Made by a program: the position numbers and the translations under genes. DNA of 64,000 nucleotides from a bacterium (GTDB taxonomy: Bacteria > RBG-13-61-14 > DATKZS01). Shown piece by piece: positions 1-8,774 of this stretch. Location: contig CAXXFL010000005.1 of assembly GCA_963674965.2 (NCBI GenBank), positions 608,001 to 672,000 on the forward strand. The letters run 5' to 3'. Positions within the stretch are counted from its first letter, which is position 1. Each line of letters opens with the position of its first letter. A model generated the notes under the pieces. The model did not search any database, was not told the DNA's origin, and worked only from the letters and a program-made list of their open reading frames with translations.

Positions 1-685
1 CCAGTTCTTCCATCAGGTTGATGGTGCCGATCATGCCCGCCACGCCGATGCGGTTGGCCACGAAGTTGGGGGTGTCCTTACCGTACACGATGCCCTTGCC
101 GAGGACTTTCTCGCAGAAGTCGGCCATGAATTTAACCACGTCCTTCTTGGTCTCCTTCATGGGGATGATCTCGAGAAGGTGCATGAACCGGACGGGGTTG
201 AAAAAGTGGGTGCCAAGGAAGTATTTCTTGGTGTCGTCCTTTAGCTTGGCGGAAATCTCCTTGAGGGGAAGACCCGAGGTGTTGGTGCTGATGATGGCCT
301 CTTTGTTCCAGTGCTTCTCGACCATCTTAAAGACCTTCTGCTTAATGGAAAGGTCCTCGACCACCACCTCGATGATCCAGTCGCATTCCTTCAGGCGGGC
401 GGCGTGGTCCTCGAAGTTGCCGGGCCGGACCAGGTCCGCGTCGTCCTTTACGAAAAAGGGCGACTGCTTGGCCTTGAGCGCCTTGGTGATGGCCCCCGCG
501 GCGAAACGGTTGCGAAAGGCGGGGTTGTCAGTGGTGACGCCTTTCCTCTCGTCCTCCGGGCTGAGCTGGGGAGGCACGATGTCCAGAAGCTCAACCTCGA
601 TGCCGGCCCCGGCCAGGTGCGCGGCGATGCCCATGCCCATAACGCCGGAGCCGAGTACGGCCGCCTTCTTGATCTGTTTTTTCAT
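1..685 (-). CDS. 3-hydroxyacyl-CoA dehydrogenase (FadN-like), truncated at window edge
   Basis: Manual minus-strand translation MKKQIKKAAVLGSGVMGMGIAAHLAGAG...IIEVVVEDLSIK...STNTSGLP...GTHFFNPVR...KDTPNFVANRIG shows the Rossmann GxGxxG and HAD-family motifs. GGAGG RBS upstream. Absent from the ORF track because it runs off the edge. Confidence 0.92.
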   Translation of the reverse strand, partial: MKKQIKKAAVLGSGVMGMGIAAHLAGAGIEVELLDIVPPQLSPEDERKGVTTDNPAFRNRFAAGAITKALKAKQSPFFVKDDADLVRPGNFEDHAARLKECDWIIEVVVEDLSIKQKVFKMVEKHWNKEAIISTNTSGLPLKEISAKLKDDTKKYFLGTHFFNPVRFMHLLEIIPMKETKKDVVKFMADFCEKVLGKGIVYGKDTPNFVANRIGVAGMIGTINLMEEL

Positions 686-854
686 ACCTTAAAAAACCTC
701 CTGTAAGATAATCCGCGTGAGCCGCGCCGAGCGCCAACCCGCCGGGCGCGTCGCGCTCTCACGAACAAACCTTTTAAACTCACCCATTACCGCGGGCTTC
801 GGTGAGTCCTGATCTCCGTCTCGAGGAATGGCCGCCCCGGAGCGCGGGGCTTCG

Positions 855-1310
855 TCATCCGTTTTTACCCTTGCCGTTACTTGACGCGTTATCGATGATG
901 CGTCCCAACAGCTTCTCCACTTTCTCGACGTCCTTGTCGCCTATGCCGCTGGTCAGGTCGCGGTAGGTCTGGCCCAGCACCTTGGCCACCACCGGCTGGA
1001 TGCGGGTCCCGCGCTCGGTCAGCCAGATGCGGAGGGCCCGGCGGTCGGCGGGGTCCGGCTCGCGCGTGACCAGGTCGGCCTTGGCCATGCGGTCGATAAG
1101 GCCGGTCATGGTCGAGCGCTCGAGGCTGACCGAGTCGCCAAGCTCGCTGATGGTGCGGCCGTCGCCCTTGTAAAGCTCGAGCAGCACGCCGATGAAACCC
1201 ATGGACACGTCTTCCATGCCCTCCTCCTTGAAAAGGAGGTTCACGTGCTGTTTCATGGCGAGGGACGACCGGGAAAGGAAGAAACCAATCATGTAAGCTT
1301 TTGTTTCCAT
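855..1310 (-). CDS. MarR family transcriptional regulator
   Basis: wHTH signature TISELGDSVSLERSTMTGLIDRM...DPADRRALRIWLTERG. Start moved to METKAY (1310); exact start uncertain. Confidence 0.9.
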   Translation of the reverse strand: METKAYMIGFFLSRSSLAMKQHVNLLFKEEGMEDVSMGFIGVLLELYKGDGRTISELGDSVSLERSTMTGLIDRMAKADLVTREPDPADRRALRIWLTERGTRIQPVVAKVLGQTYRDLTSGIGDKDVEKVEKLLGRIIDNASSNGKGKNG

Positions 1311-1427
1311 TTTTTCGGGACCGGGCGGGCCGGGATGAGGACGGATGGAATGCCTTGAAAGAGGACCCGCGCCGATATTTTGCTCCATTCTATCTATCTG
1401 GACGTGGAACCAATTTAGTTCGCTTAC

Positions 1428-1456
1428 ATACTATCCGCATGAGTAGAAAATGTCAA
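1428..1456 (-). promoter_or_regulatory. sigma70-type promoter of the marR-fadN unit, with an overlapping imperfect palindrome (TAGT-N10-ACTA, 1416-1433) as a likely MarR operator
   Basis: Minus strand TTGACA-17 nt-TAGTAT; the palindrome TAGTATGTAAGCGAACTA overlaps the -10 box. Confidence 0.75.
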
Positions 1457-1648
1457 ACCGAAAAAAAACGCGGACGGCTGAATCTTTTTGCTTTCCCGGC
1501 TGATGGCCCGGCCGGTCTTGTAAAAAACCGTCCGGGGCCGGCGAAGCCGGATATGTACATTGGCTGGGCGGCGTAGGCCGGTGGAAAAAAGGGGGCGAGG
1601 AGAGGCGGGAAGGGGGAGCCCATCCCGCGTTGCGGAACCCAAACTGGT

Positions 1649-2509
1649 CTACCCACTCTGTTCTTCTTCGTTAGGGGATGGTTCAATGTTTATGGCTTCG
1701 ATTGAAATAGTATCTGGTTCAGCCCTTTGCTTTTGTACATCTTTATCCTCTTTTTCTTTATTGACCTTTCGTATTTTTACTTTAGCCGCTTTCCTCACCT
1801 TTTTATTGGCTTCTTCCGCCGATTCCCCTTCAACGACTTCTCTTTTCATCACGCTTTGAATAATGACTTCCTTAAGCTCCTCGTTCGTAACCTTAATGTC
1901 CGGGCTAAGCCTTTTGACTTCTCTTCTTATCGCGTTCATTACAGGTTCGCTTAAAATAACCGCGCTCAAGACAAACCTGCTTGTGGCCTGTTTTTGAGTA
2001 TGGTAGTCCGAAAGAAGTGATTTGTTTATCGCTTCCTTGCAGAGTAAAAACAGGTTATCCAAGTCGGCCTGTCCGCGTGGGTTGAGTTCTAAGAAGTTAA
2101 AGCCAAGCACCAGTTCATGGTCAATGGGCTTGGAGAAAACCACCTTATATATTTGCCAAATTACTCCGTTGGTAAGTATAGCCCATTCAATGCCTTTATT
2201 GGCTGCATAATCGATCGCTTGTTTAACATGTGCATCTTTTAAATCAATTCCGACCGCTTTAACTTCAATGATAAACCTTGTTTCATTCTCGATTTTTATT
2301 GCCAAGTCGCAATATGTTCCTTTAATTAATTGCTCAGCGGTGATTTCCGAATATTTATCATATCCGAAAAGATCAGACAGAAGGTCAGTTACTATGGTGA
2401 CCGTATCTGCCTCATTAATGTCCCTATCTCTGGCTGAGGAAATAATTGATTGAAACTTTTTCAGGTTTTGGACAAACCTTTCATTTACTTTTTTGGGTAT
2501 ATTTGCCAT
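1649..2509 (-). CDS. Stand-alone type I restriction enzyme HsdR N-terminal (HSDR_N-like) PD-(D/E)XK nuclease-domain protein
   Basis: NEADT...DLFGYD...CDLAI...IIEVKA...QAIDYA...WAILTNG motifs; visibly AT-rich compared with its flanks; charged C-terminal tail. Confidence 0.8.
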   Translation of the reverse strand: MANIPKKVNERFVQNLKKFQSIISSARDRDINEADTVTIVTDLLSDLFGYDKYSEITAEQLIKGTYCDLAIKIENETRFIIEVKAVGIDLKDAHVKQAIDYAANKGIEWAILTNGVIWQIYKVVFSKPIDHELVLGFNFLELNPRGQADLDNLFLLCKEAINKSLLSDYHTQKQATSRFVLSAVILSEPVMNAIRREVKRLSPDIKVTNEELKEVIIQSVMKREVVEGESAEEANKKVRKAAKVKIRKVNKEKEDKDVQKQRAEPDTISIEAINIEPSPNEEEQSG

Positions 2510-2620
2510 GTACCTATGACCTCCATGAATACGATAATGTTTCTATACAACACTAATGAAGTATCTGTCAAGGCATTCATCGTCATTTAGAATGAAAACG
2601 CTCCAGGCCGCTCACTGCGG

Positions 2621-2650
2621 AAAAAAGGCGCGGACCTAATAGCCCGCGCC
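2621..2650 (-). terminator. Rho-independent terminator after the DUF2333-like gene
   Basis: Minus strand GGCGCGGGC-TATTA-GGTCCGCGCC followed by TTTTTT. Confidence 0.8.
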
Positions 2651-2672
2651 ATCACAATTAAAATCAGCAAAA

Positions 2673-3671
2673 TTATTTAATGTTTTTCAGCGCGTCCGAG
2701 GCCTGGTCAAGCTCGTAGGCCATGAGCAGGAGATGGTTCGAGCTGAGCTCTTCCTCGTCGCCGCCAAGGACGGTGAGCGGGTCGATCTGGCCGGCAACTT
2801 TCAGATGGGAGACGGCCGTTTTTAAGTCCTTGGCCGCTCCGGCTTTTTTGACGGCCTTGTCAAAGGGCTTGGCCATGGATGACAGGACGGCTTCCGAGAC
2901 CAGGGCCACGCCCCGGGCGTGGTGGAGGGCGTTATCGTCCTTCATGGTCCCTATCTCCGGGTCGGTCACGGCTTTGATCTCGCGCTCGAGAATATCTACG
3001 GTCGCCTTGACAGCGGCGTTCAAGGTCTTGGGGTCGGCGGGAAGGTTTATCTTTTCCTTTTTATCCAGGGCGATGGCCAGATCGTCGAGCGCGGAGAGTC
3101 CCAAAAGGGCCGTCTTCTTTCCGGATGGAAACCAGAGCTTTTCCAGGTCTCCCTTTACCATCGACTCGTTTAGAGCTTTAACGGGTCCGGCGTTTCCGGG
3201 CCTTGCCCGGCCGGTGAAGACCCTGGCGTAGGCCTTGATGGCCTGGGCCTCGCCTTTTTGCCTGCTGGCGCCGTTGTCGAAAAGTCTTCCTATTACGAGG
3301 TCGTCCGCTCTCCATCCCCAGGTGGATTCAAGCTCCTCGGCCAATATCCGGGACATGGCCATGAGAGGCGCTCCGTCCATGTCCGGCCAACTCTCGGGAA
3401 TGGGCGGGACTTTCACCGGCTCGGGCTCGGGACATTTGCCGATGCAATTCTCCTTGAGCTCGGCCAGGTCCGCCTTGATCTTATCCACGTCCTTTTTATC
3501 GAGCTGCACCAGTTGAATCACGGGCGCCTGGGCGGGGGTTTCCCCTCTTTTGCTCAACTCGACAAGCCCTTTCAAGTCGGTCCCGTCCTTGCTCGACCGG
3601 TTGCATCCGATCCAGTTGCCGACGATGATGGCCAGGACTAAACCGGCCAGGACTATTCGCTCAAGCTTCAT
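2673..3671 (-). CDS. Membrane-anchored DUF2333-like protein
   Basis: N-terminal hydrophobic anchor; GWRADDL..LFDN, HARGVA, DPLTVLGG and NHLLLMA motifs resemble DUF2333. Confidence 0.55.
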   Translation of the reverse strand: MKLERIVLAGLVLAIIVGNWIGCNRSSKDGTDLKGLVELSKRGETPAQAPVIQLVQLDKKDVDKIKADLAELKENCIGKCPEPEPVKVPPIPESWPDMDGAPLMAMSRILAEELESTWGWRADDLVIGRLFDNGASRQKGEAQAIKAYARVFTGRARPGNAGPVKALNESMVKGDLEKLWFPSGKKTALLGLSALDDLAIALDKKEKINLPADPKTLNAAVKATVDILEREIKAVTDPEIGTMKDDNALHHARGVALVSEAVLSSMAKPFDKAVKKAGAAKDLKTAVSHLKVAGQIDPLTVLGGDEEELSSNHLLLMAYELDQASDALKNIK

Positions 3672-3793
3672 GCCGACCTCCTCGAATTTTCGAGGATACA
3701 GTATAGCGCATTAAGATAAGGGAAGCGAAAAAAGTTTCCGCTTTCGTCAACCCCGGCTACGCGCGGCGAATGGAAGGCGGCCAAAATTCCTCA

Positions 3794-3822
3794 TTGACCG
3801 GGAATGACTAATCGGATACTAT
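3794..3822 (+). promoter_or_regulatory. sigma70-type promoter of the AIM24 triplet
   Basis: TTGACC-17 nt-TACTAT, about 30 nt upstream of ATG 3852. Confidence 0.7.
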
Positions 3823-3851
3823 CTAAAAAAATTCAACCGGAGGGGAGCTTC

Positions 3852-4532
3852 ATGCAATTCGCTATCAAGTACAGGCCTTCCTACAGTCTGCTTGGAGTCA
3901 AGCTCGACCCCAACGAACAAATACTGGTGGAAGCCGGAAGCATGGTAAGCATGGCCGCCGACATGCAGGTCGACACCAAGCTGTCCGCCTCGGGCGGCAT
4001 GGTCAAGGCCTTCGCGGGAGCGGTGGCCAGGAAATTCCTGGGCGGCGAGACCATGTTCGTCAACGTTTACACGGCGGGTCAAAGCGGCGGGCAGATACTG
4101 ATCGCGCCGGCCCTGAACGGTGACATTATCCACTTCCCCATGCAGGGCGGACGCCTTCTCATCCAGGCCTCGAGCTTCCTGGCCGCCCATCCCGGCATAG
4201 AAGTCAAGCTTCAGTTCGGCGGGCTCAAGACCTTTCTGGGCGGCGAGGGCCTTTTCCTCCTGGCGGCCTCGGGTGCGGGCGACCTTTTCGTCAACGCCTA
4301 CGGGGGTATACGCGAGATCGACCTGGACGGGTCCTTCATCGTGGACACGGGCCACGTCGTGGCCTTCGAGGAAACCCTCCAGTTCAACGTCAAGAAGGTG
4401 GGCGGATGGAAATCCACCATGCTTTCCGGCGAGGGGCTGGTTACCGAGTTCACCGGCAAGGGCAAGCTTTACATCCAGACCCGCAACGTGGGGGCCCTGG
4501 TCGGCTGGCTCACGCCCATGCTTCCGGGCTAA
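3852..4532 (+). CDS. TIGR00266/AIM24 family protein, copy 1
   Basis: EAGSMVSM, GGETMFVN, GGEGLF, VDTGHVVAF, SGEGLV..F.GKG..YIQTRN motifs; GGAGG RBS. Confidence 0.9.
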   Translation: MQFAIKYRPSYSLLGVKLDPNEQILVEAGSMVSMAADMQVDTKLSASGGMVKAFAGAVARKFLGGETMFVNVYTAGQSGGQILIAPALNGDIIHFPMQGGRLLIQASSFLAAHPGIEVKLQFGGLKTFLGGEGLFLLAASGAGDLFVNAYGGIREIDLDGSFIVDTGHVVAFEETLQFNVKKVGGWKSTMLSGEGLVTEFTGKGKLYIQTRNVGALVGWLTPMLPG

Positions 4533-4543
4533 AGGAGGGGGCC

Positions 4544-5230
4544 ATGCATTTCGAAGTAAAATACAATCCCAGTTACGCCCTGGCCATAGTGAGCCTTGGG
4601 GCCAACGAGTCGGTGGTGGCGGAGGGCGGCGCCATGGTCAGCATGAGCTCGAACGTCGCCATCCAGACCTCGATGGGAGGGGGCGGAGGGGCCGGAGGCC
4701 TGCTCAAGGCCCTCAAGCGCACGGCCCTTGGCGGCGAGAGCTTTTTCCTCAACACCTACACCAGTCAGGGGGGACCGGGCGAGGTGACCTTCGCCCCCAC
4801 CCTGCCAGGAGACATAGCCCATATACAGATGACCGGGCCGGGACTGGTTATCCAGAGGACCTCGTACCTGGCCGGCTCGCCCGGCGTGGCCATCGACACT
4901 CAATTCGGGGGCTTAAAATCATTCCTCGGCGGGGAAGGACTTTTCATGCTCAAGGCCTCGGGCCAGGGCGATATCCTGGTCACCAGCTTCGGGGCCATCC
5001 ACCTGATGGAACTTGACGGGCCCTACATTGTGGACAGCGGCCATATTGTCGCCTTTGACGAGACCCTGAGCTTCGAGAATAAAAGGGTCGGGTCGTGGAA
5101 ATCGACCTTCCTGTCCGGCGAGGGACTGGTCACCTTGTTCAACGGCAAGGGCCGGCTCTGGATTCAGAGCAGGAACCCGAAAGCCTTCGGCCAACTGGTA
5201 GGCGGAAAACTCCCGCCCCGCCAACAGTAA
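4544..5230 (+). CDS. TIGR00266/AIM24 family protein, copy 2
   Basis: Same motif set (GGESFFLN, GGEGLF, VDSGHIVAF, SGEGLV); AGGAGG RBS before ATG 4544. Confidence 0.9.
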   Translation: MHFEVKYNPSYALAIVSLGANESVVAEGGAMVSMSSNVAIQTSMGGGGGAGGLLKALKRTALGGESFFLNTYTSQGGPGEVTFAPTLPGDIAHIQMTGPGLVIQRTSYLAGSPGVAIDTQFGGLKSFLGGEGLFMLKASGQGDILVTSFGAIHLMELDGPYIVDSGHIVAFDETLSFENKRVGSWKSTFLSGEGLVTLFNGKGRLWIQSRNPKAFGQLVGGKLPPRQQ

Positions 5231-5242
5231 AAGGAGAGCGTC

Positions 5243-5917
5243 ATGCAGGTAAACATCGTAAGCGCGCCCGATTACGCCATGGCGGAGGTCGACCTTGCCG
5301 CCGGCGAGAAGATCGTCGTCGAGAGCGGCTCGATGGTGGGGATGTCCTCCCACCTCGAGATCGAGACCAAGGCCAAGGGAGGGGTGTTGTCCTCGCTTAA
5401 AAGAATGGTCGGCGGCGAGAGCTTCTTTATAAACACCTATACCGCCCAGGGAGCGCCGGGAAGGATTCTCCTCGCCCCCGCGCCCTCGGGGGACCTTAGG
5501 CACCTGGTCCTGGGGGGGGGCGACTTCTTCGTGCAGTCCGGCTCCTACGTGGCCAGCGGCCCGGCGGTCAACGTGGACACCAAGTGGGGCGGGGCCAAGA
5601 CCTTCTTCGGCGGCGAGGGCCTTTTCATCCTCAAGGCGAGCGGCCAGGGCGACCTTATTTTCGGCTCCTTTGGGGCCATCCACGAGGTCGAGGTGGACGG
5701 GAGTTACATCGTGGACACGGGCCATATCGTGGCCTTCGAGCCGACCCTTCAGTTCAGCGTGCGAAGGGTGGGAGGTCTCAAGTCGCTCTTCCTCTCCGGG
5801 GAGGGACTGGTGTGCGACTTCTCGGGCAAGGGAAAGCTATATCTTCAGACCCGCAAGCCGGCCAGTTTCGTGTCCTGGATCAACAGCTTCAGGCCCGTTC
5901 AGACCTCGGGGGATTGA
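5243..5917 (+). CDS. TIGR00266/AIM24 family protein, copy 3
   Basis: Same motif set; AGGAG RBS just after the copy 2 stop codon. Confidence 0.9.
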   Translation: MQVNIVSAPDYAMAEVDLAAGEKIVVESGSMVGMSSHLEIETKAKGGVLSSLKRMVGGESFFINTYTAQGAPGRILLAPAPSGDLRHLVLGGGDFFVQSGSYVASGPAVNVDTKWGGAKTFFGGEGLFILKASGQGDLIFGSFGAIHEVEVDGSYIVDTGHIVAFEPTLQFSVRRVGGLKSLFLSGEGLVCDFSGKGKLYLQTRKPASFVSWINSFRPVQTSGD

Positions 5918-6017
5918 TGCCCGAGTTGACGAGCGTTGGCCCTGAACACCCGTTTCTTTTCGAGCGGAAAAAAAACAGCGGCTTGATTTCACTCGTTTCG
6001 TAAGGGGGGAGGCGGGA

Positions 6018-7217
6018 TTGGGTTTTTATATCAGGAAAGCCTTACAGGCCGGTCCCGTTCGTTTCAACCTGTCCAAGAGCGGCGTGGGCGTGTCCGTGGG
6101 CGTAAAAGGATTCCGCGTCGGCTCGGGCCCGTCGGGTCCCTACGTTCACGCGGGCAGGGGAGGTCTTTATTACCGCCAGTCATTATCCTCGAAGTCCGCG
6201 CCCAAAGAGGCGGCCGCCGGGCCCGGGCTTCCCGAGCAAGGCCGGGCCATCGAGAAGCTGGTCGAGACCCAGACCTATCCTTCTCGCGCCCTTCACGCCT
6301 CACGTGTCGGCGCCTTCAGCGAGCCGCCTCGGGTCGACTCGAAATGGCTCCTTTTTCCTCCCGCCTATCTGGTTAAAAAATGGCTCGGGAAAAAATACGT
6401 CGAGCGGGCCGAAAAGTACGGCGCCGAGCTTCTCGCGCTGGTCGATACTCCCGAGTTCCTGGGTCCTTCTTTCGGTGACCGGGTCAAGGAACTCAAAGCC
6501 AGGCACGGCGTGCCCGAGGGTTACGGCGCCTGGGCCCACGAGAGGCTCTACGAGGGGGCCTTGTCCTCCGTGGTTTCCGACTTCGAGGTCAGCCCGGGCG
6601 AGCTTGACGCGCTTTTGCGCCTCGAGGACACCCTCGCCATCGGGCCTTCCCGCGCCTCCGATCTGAAAGTGTCCTGGTTCAAGGCCGGCTACATGGCGGC
6701 CATAGCCGACGGCAAGCTGAGCGTCGAGGAGGAGAAAACCCTGCAAACGGCGCTCGAGCGTCTCGGCGTTCCCTTCACCGAGGTCAAGGCGGAGGCCGAG
6801 ACCATCGAGCGTCTGAAAAAGGTCCGCCAACTGCTGGAGGGCGAGCCGACGCCCGTAAGCGCCTCGGTGGCCCTGGACAAGGGAGAGGTCTGCTACTTCG
6901 AGGCCCCGGGCCGGATGCTGGTGAAGAGGATCATCGCCCGGTTCCAGTCTGAGGGGGTCCAGTATAAAAACCTGGGTCTGCTGACTCGCAAGGAGGGTGC
7001 CTTGCTTATTACGGATAAAAGACTGATGCTGGTTGGGCAGGGGACCACCGCGATCGAGCTTGATAAAATCGTGGACCTCGAGGTCGACCATGAGTTGAAC
7101 CTCATTACGGTATCGAAAAAGGACAGGAAAACCCCGCTCTATTTCAGCACTCCCGACGGCCTGGCCGCGGGGGCGGTGCTGCAAAGACTTGTAGACGGGT
7201 TATCAAAGGAGGATTGA
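6018..7217 (+). CDS. DUF4236 domain protein with central TerB-like helical repeats and a C-terminal PH-like domain
   Basis: N-terminus GFYIRKA..AGPVRFNLSKSGVGVSVG.KG.RVG..P.G.YVH.G..GLYYR matches DUF4236. SDFEVSPGELDALLRLEDTL and ADGKLSVEEEKTL..RLG are TerB-like. L.KGEVCYF...GALLITDKRL..VG is PH-like. TTG start with GGAGG RBS. Confidence 0.75.
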   Translation: MGFYIRKALQAGPVRFNLSKSGVGVSVGVKGFRVGSGPSGPYVHAGRGGLYYRQSLSSKSAPKEAAAGPGLPEQGRAIEKLVETQTYPSRALHASRVGAFSEPPRVDSKWLLFPPAYLVKKWLGKKYVERAEKYGAELLALVDTPEFLGPSFGDRVKELKARHGVPEGYGAWAHERLYEGALSSVVSDFEVSPGELDALLRLEDTLAIGPSRASDLKVSWFKAGYMAAIADGKLSVEEEKTLQTALERLGVPFTEVKAEAETIERLKKVRQLLEGEPTPVSASVALDKGEVCYFEAPGRMLVKRIIARFQSEGVQYKNLGLLTRKEGALLITDKRLMLVGQGTTAIELDKIVDLEVDHELNLITVSKKDRKTPLYFSTPDGLAAGAVLQRLVDGLSKED

Positions 7218-7245
7218 CCTCCAATTAATTCTTCAAGGAGGGTAT

Positions 7246-7953
7246 ATGTATCCGGGGCACCCTTGGGAAAAGGAGGAATTCGGCGAGTTCGAGTTTCAAA
7301 GGCGATTGAAAAGCGGCGAGGAGGTTGACGTCAAGTTCGACGTTTCCATGGGCCGCTTCCTGGCCTTTTGCAAGGAGACGGGCCAGAGTCCTCACGCCTT
7401 GACCATGAAGGTCACGGCACGGCTGTCTTCCCTGCACCTTCCTCAATACATGCTCGCGTTGAACGGCAAGACCATGCCCGCCAGGTATCCGTCCGGTTAC
7501 GTCAGGCCGATAAAGCTTGATCGGGACATGCTCGAGCATATCGCCATTCGGGAAAAGAGCGATCATTTCGGGGAAAGGGACATCAGGCAAAAAAGGGTAA
7601 ACGCGCTAATGAAATGGTTCGTTCGCCACCAGCCTCGTCTTGGCATGTGGCTTGCCAGGTACGTTTTCACCAAGCGTGAGGGAAGGAACAACTACGCCCT
7701 GCTCGTTTCCAGGAACCCGCTTAAAAGTCTTAACACGAGAACGGTATTTTACGGCGCGAACTACCGGACCATGGGCCTGGCCATACCTTACGGCAAGCTT
7801 GTCTCGTGCGGGTTCGCGGCGCCCCTGGCCTTCGGTAACCTGAATTTTTTCGAGCCGTTCATCAGCGAGTTGGTTACCTGGATGGAACAGCCGGAAACAA
7901 TACCAAGGGACGTGGTGGAAAAACCATACAGGGCGGTACCGCCCAATTGGTGA
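7246..7953 (+). CDS. Hypothetical protein, putative CAT/E2 acyltransferase-like fold, paralogue A (Leu at the putative catalytic His position)
   Basis: Full-length similarity to 8064-8768; FDV..GRFLAFCKE.G and the C-terminal PLAFGN..F....MEQP pattern; GGAGG RBS. Confidence 0.5.
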   Translation: MYPGHPWEKEEFGEFEFQRRLKSGEEVDVKFDVSMGRFLAFCKETGQSPHALTMKVTARLSSLHLPQYMLALNGKTMPARYPSGYVRPIKLDRDMLEHIAIREKSDHFGERDIRQKRVNALMKWFVRHQPRLGMWLARYVFTKREGRNNYALLVSRNPLKSLNTRTVFYGANYRTMGLAIPYGKLVSCGFAAPLAFGNLNFFEPFISELVTWMEQPETIPRDVVEKPYRAVPPNW

Positions 7954-8063
7954 GACGGACGGAAGTATAATGTAATGGCCGGCCGGCGAATCGCCTGGCC
8001 TTTCGTTGATGGTGAAAGAACGCGTTTATTTAACGCGGCGTGAGCCGCGTCGGGGAGGAATAG

Positions 8064-8768
8064 ATGTTTCCAGGACACCCTTGGGAGGGAGAGGAGTTCG
8101 GTCCTATCGAGTACGAGTGGTACTTGAGGCGGGGCTACGAGCTTGACATATTGTTCGACGTTAACATGAAGCCCTTTATCGAGTTCTGCAAGGAGGGCGA
8201 TCATCGCTCGAACCAACTCGCCATGAAGATAGCGGCCCGGCTTTCAACCGATCACTTGCCCCAGTATCTTCTGGCCCTCAACAGGAAGTTCTATCCCGCG
8301 CGCTATCCCGCGGGCTACGTCAGGCCGATTCGCCCCGGGGGGGACATGCTCGAGCATATAGCGGTCCGGGAAAAAGAGGAATACTTCGTGGAGCGGAACG
8401 TTCGCGACAACATGCAGCCGCTCGTCAAGTTTTTCGCGAATAAGGCCCCTCGCGCGGGTCTTTTCCTGAGCAGGACCATATTCGCCTCGAGGGAGACAAA
8501 GGACGGGTTCGCGCTTCTGGTAAGCAGGAACCCCCTCAAGAGCCTCAACACCAAGATCGTCTTTTGGGGGGCCAACTACAGGCACATGGTTTTAGCCATT
8601 CCTTACGGGGACACGGTAACCTGCGCCTTCGGGGCGCCCCACGCCTTTGGGAACATCAATTTTTACGAGCCCTTCCTCATGAAGTTCAAGACTTACATGG
8701 AGGACCCGGATCAAATACCGACGGATATCCTGGAGAAGGGCTATCACGCCGATCCGCCAAAGGAATAA
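8064..8768 (+). CDS. Hypothetical protein, putative CAT/E2 acyltransferase-like fold, paralogue B (His retained)
   Basis: C-terminal PHAFGNINFYEPFLMKFKTYMEDP resembles the HxxxD/N...FL..FK..LEDP end of E2/CAT-fold acyltransferases; GGAGG RBS. Confidence 0.5.
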   Translation: MFPGHPWEGEEFGPIEYEWYLRRGYELDILFDVNMKPFIEFCKEGDHRSNQLAMKIAARLSTDHLPQYLLALNRKFYPARYPAGYVRPIRPGGDMLEHIAVREKEEYFVERNVRDNMQPLVKFFANKAPRAGLFLSRTIFASRETKDGFALLVSRNPLKSLNTKIVFWGANYRHMVLAIPYGDTVTCAFGAPHAFGNINFYEPFLMKFKTYMEDPDQIPTDILEKGYHADPPKE

Positions 8769-8774
8769 GAAGGG

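Noticed and set aside
18-706. Plus-strand ORFs of 224 and 131 aa at the window start
   Set aside because: The real gene is the minus-strand FadN-like CDS that runs off the edge.
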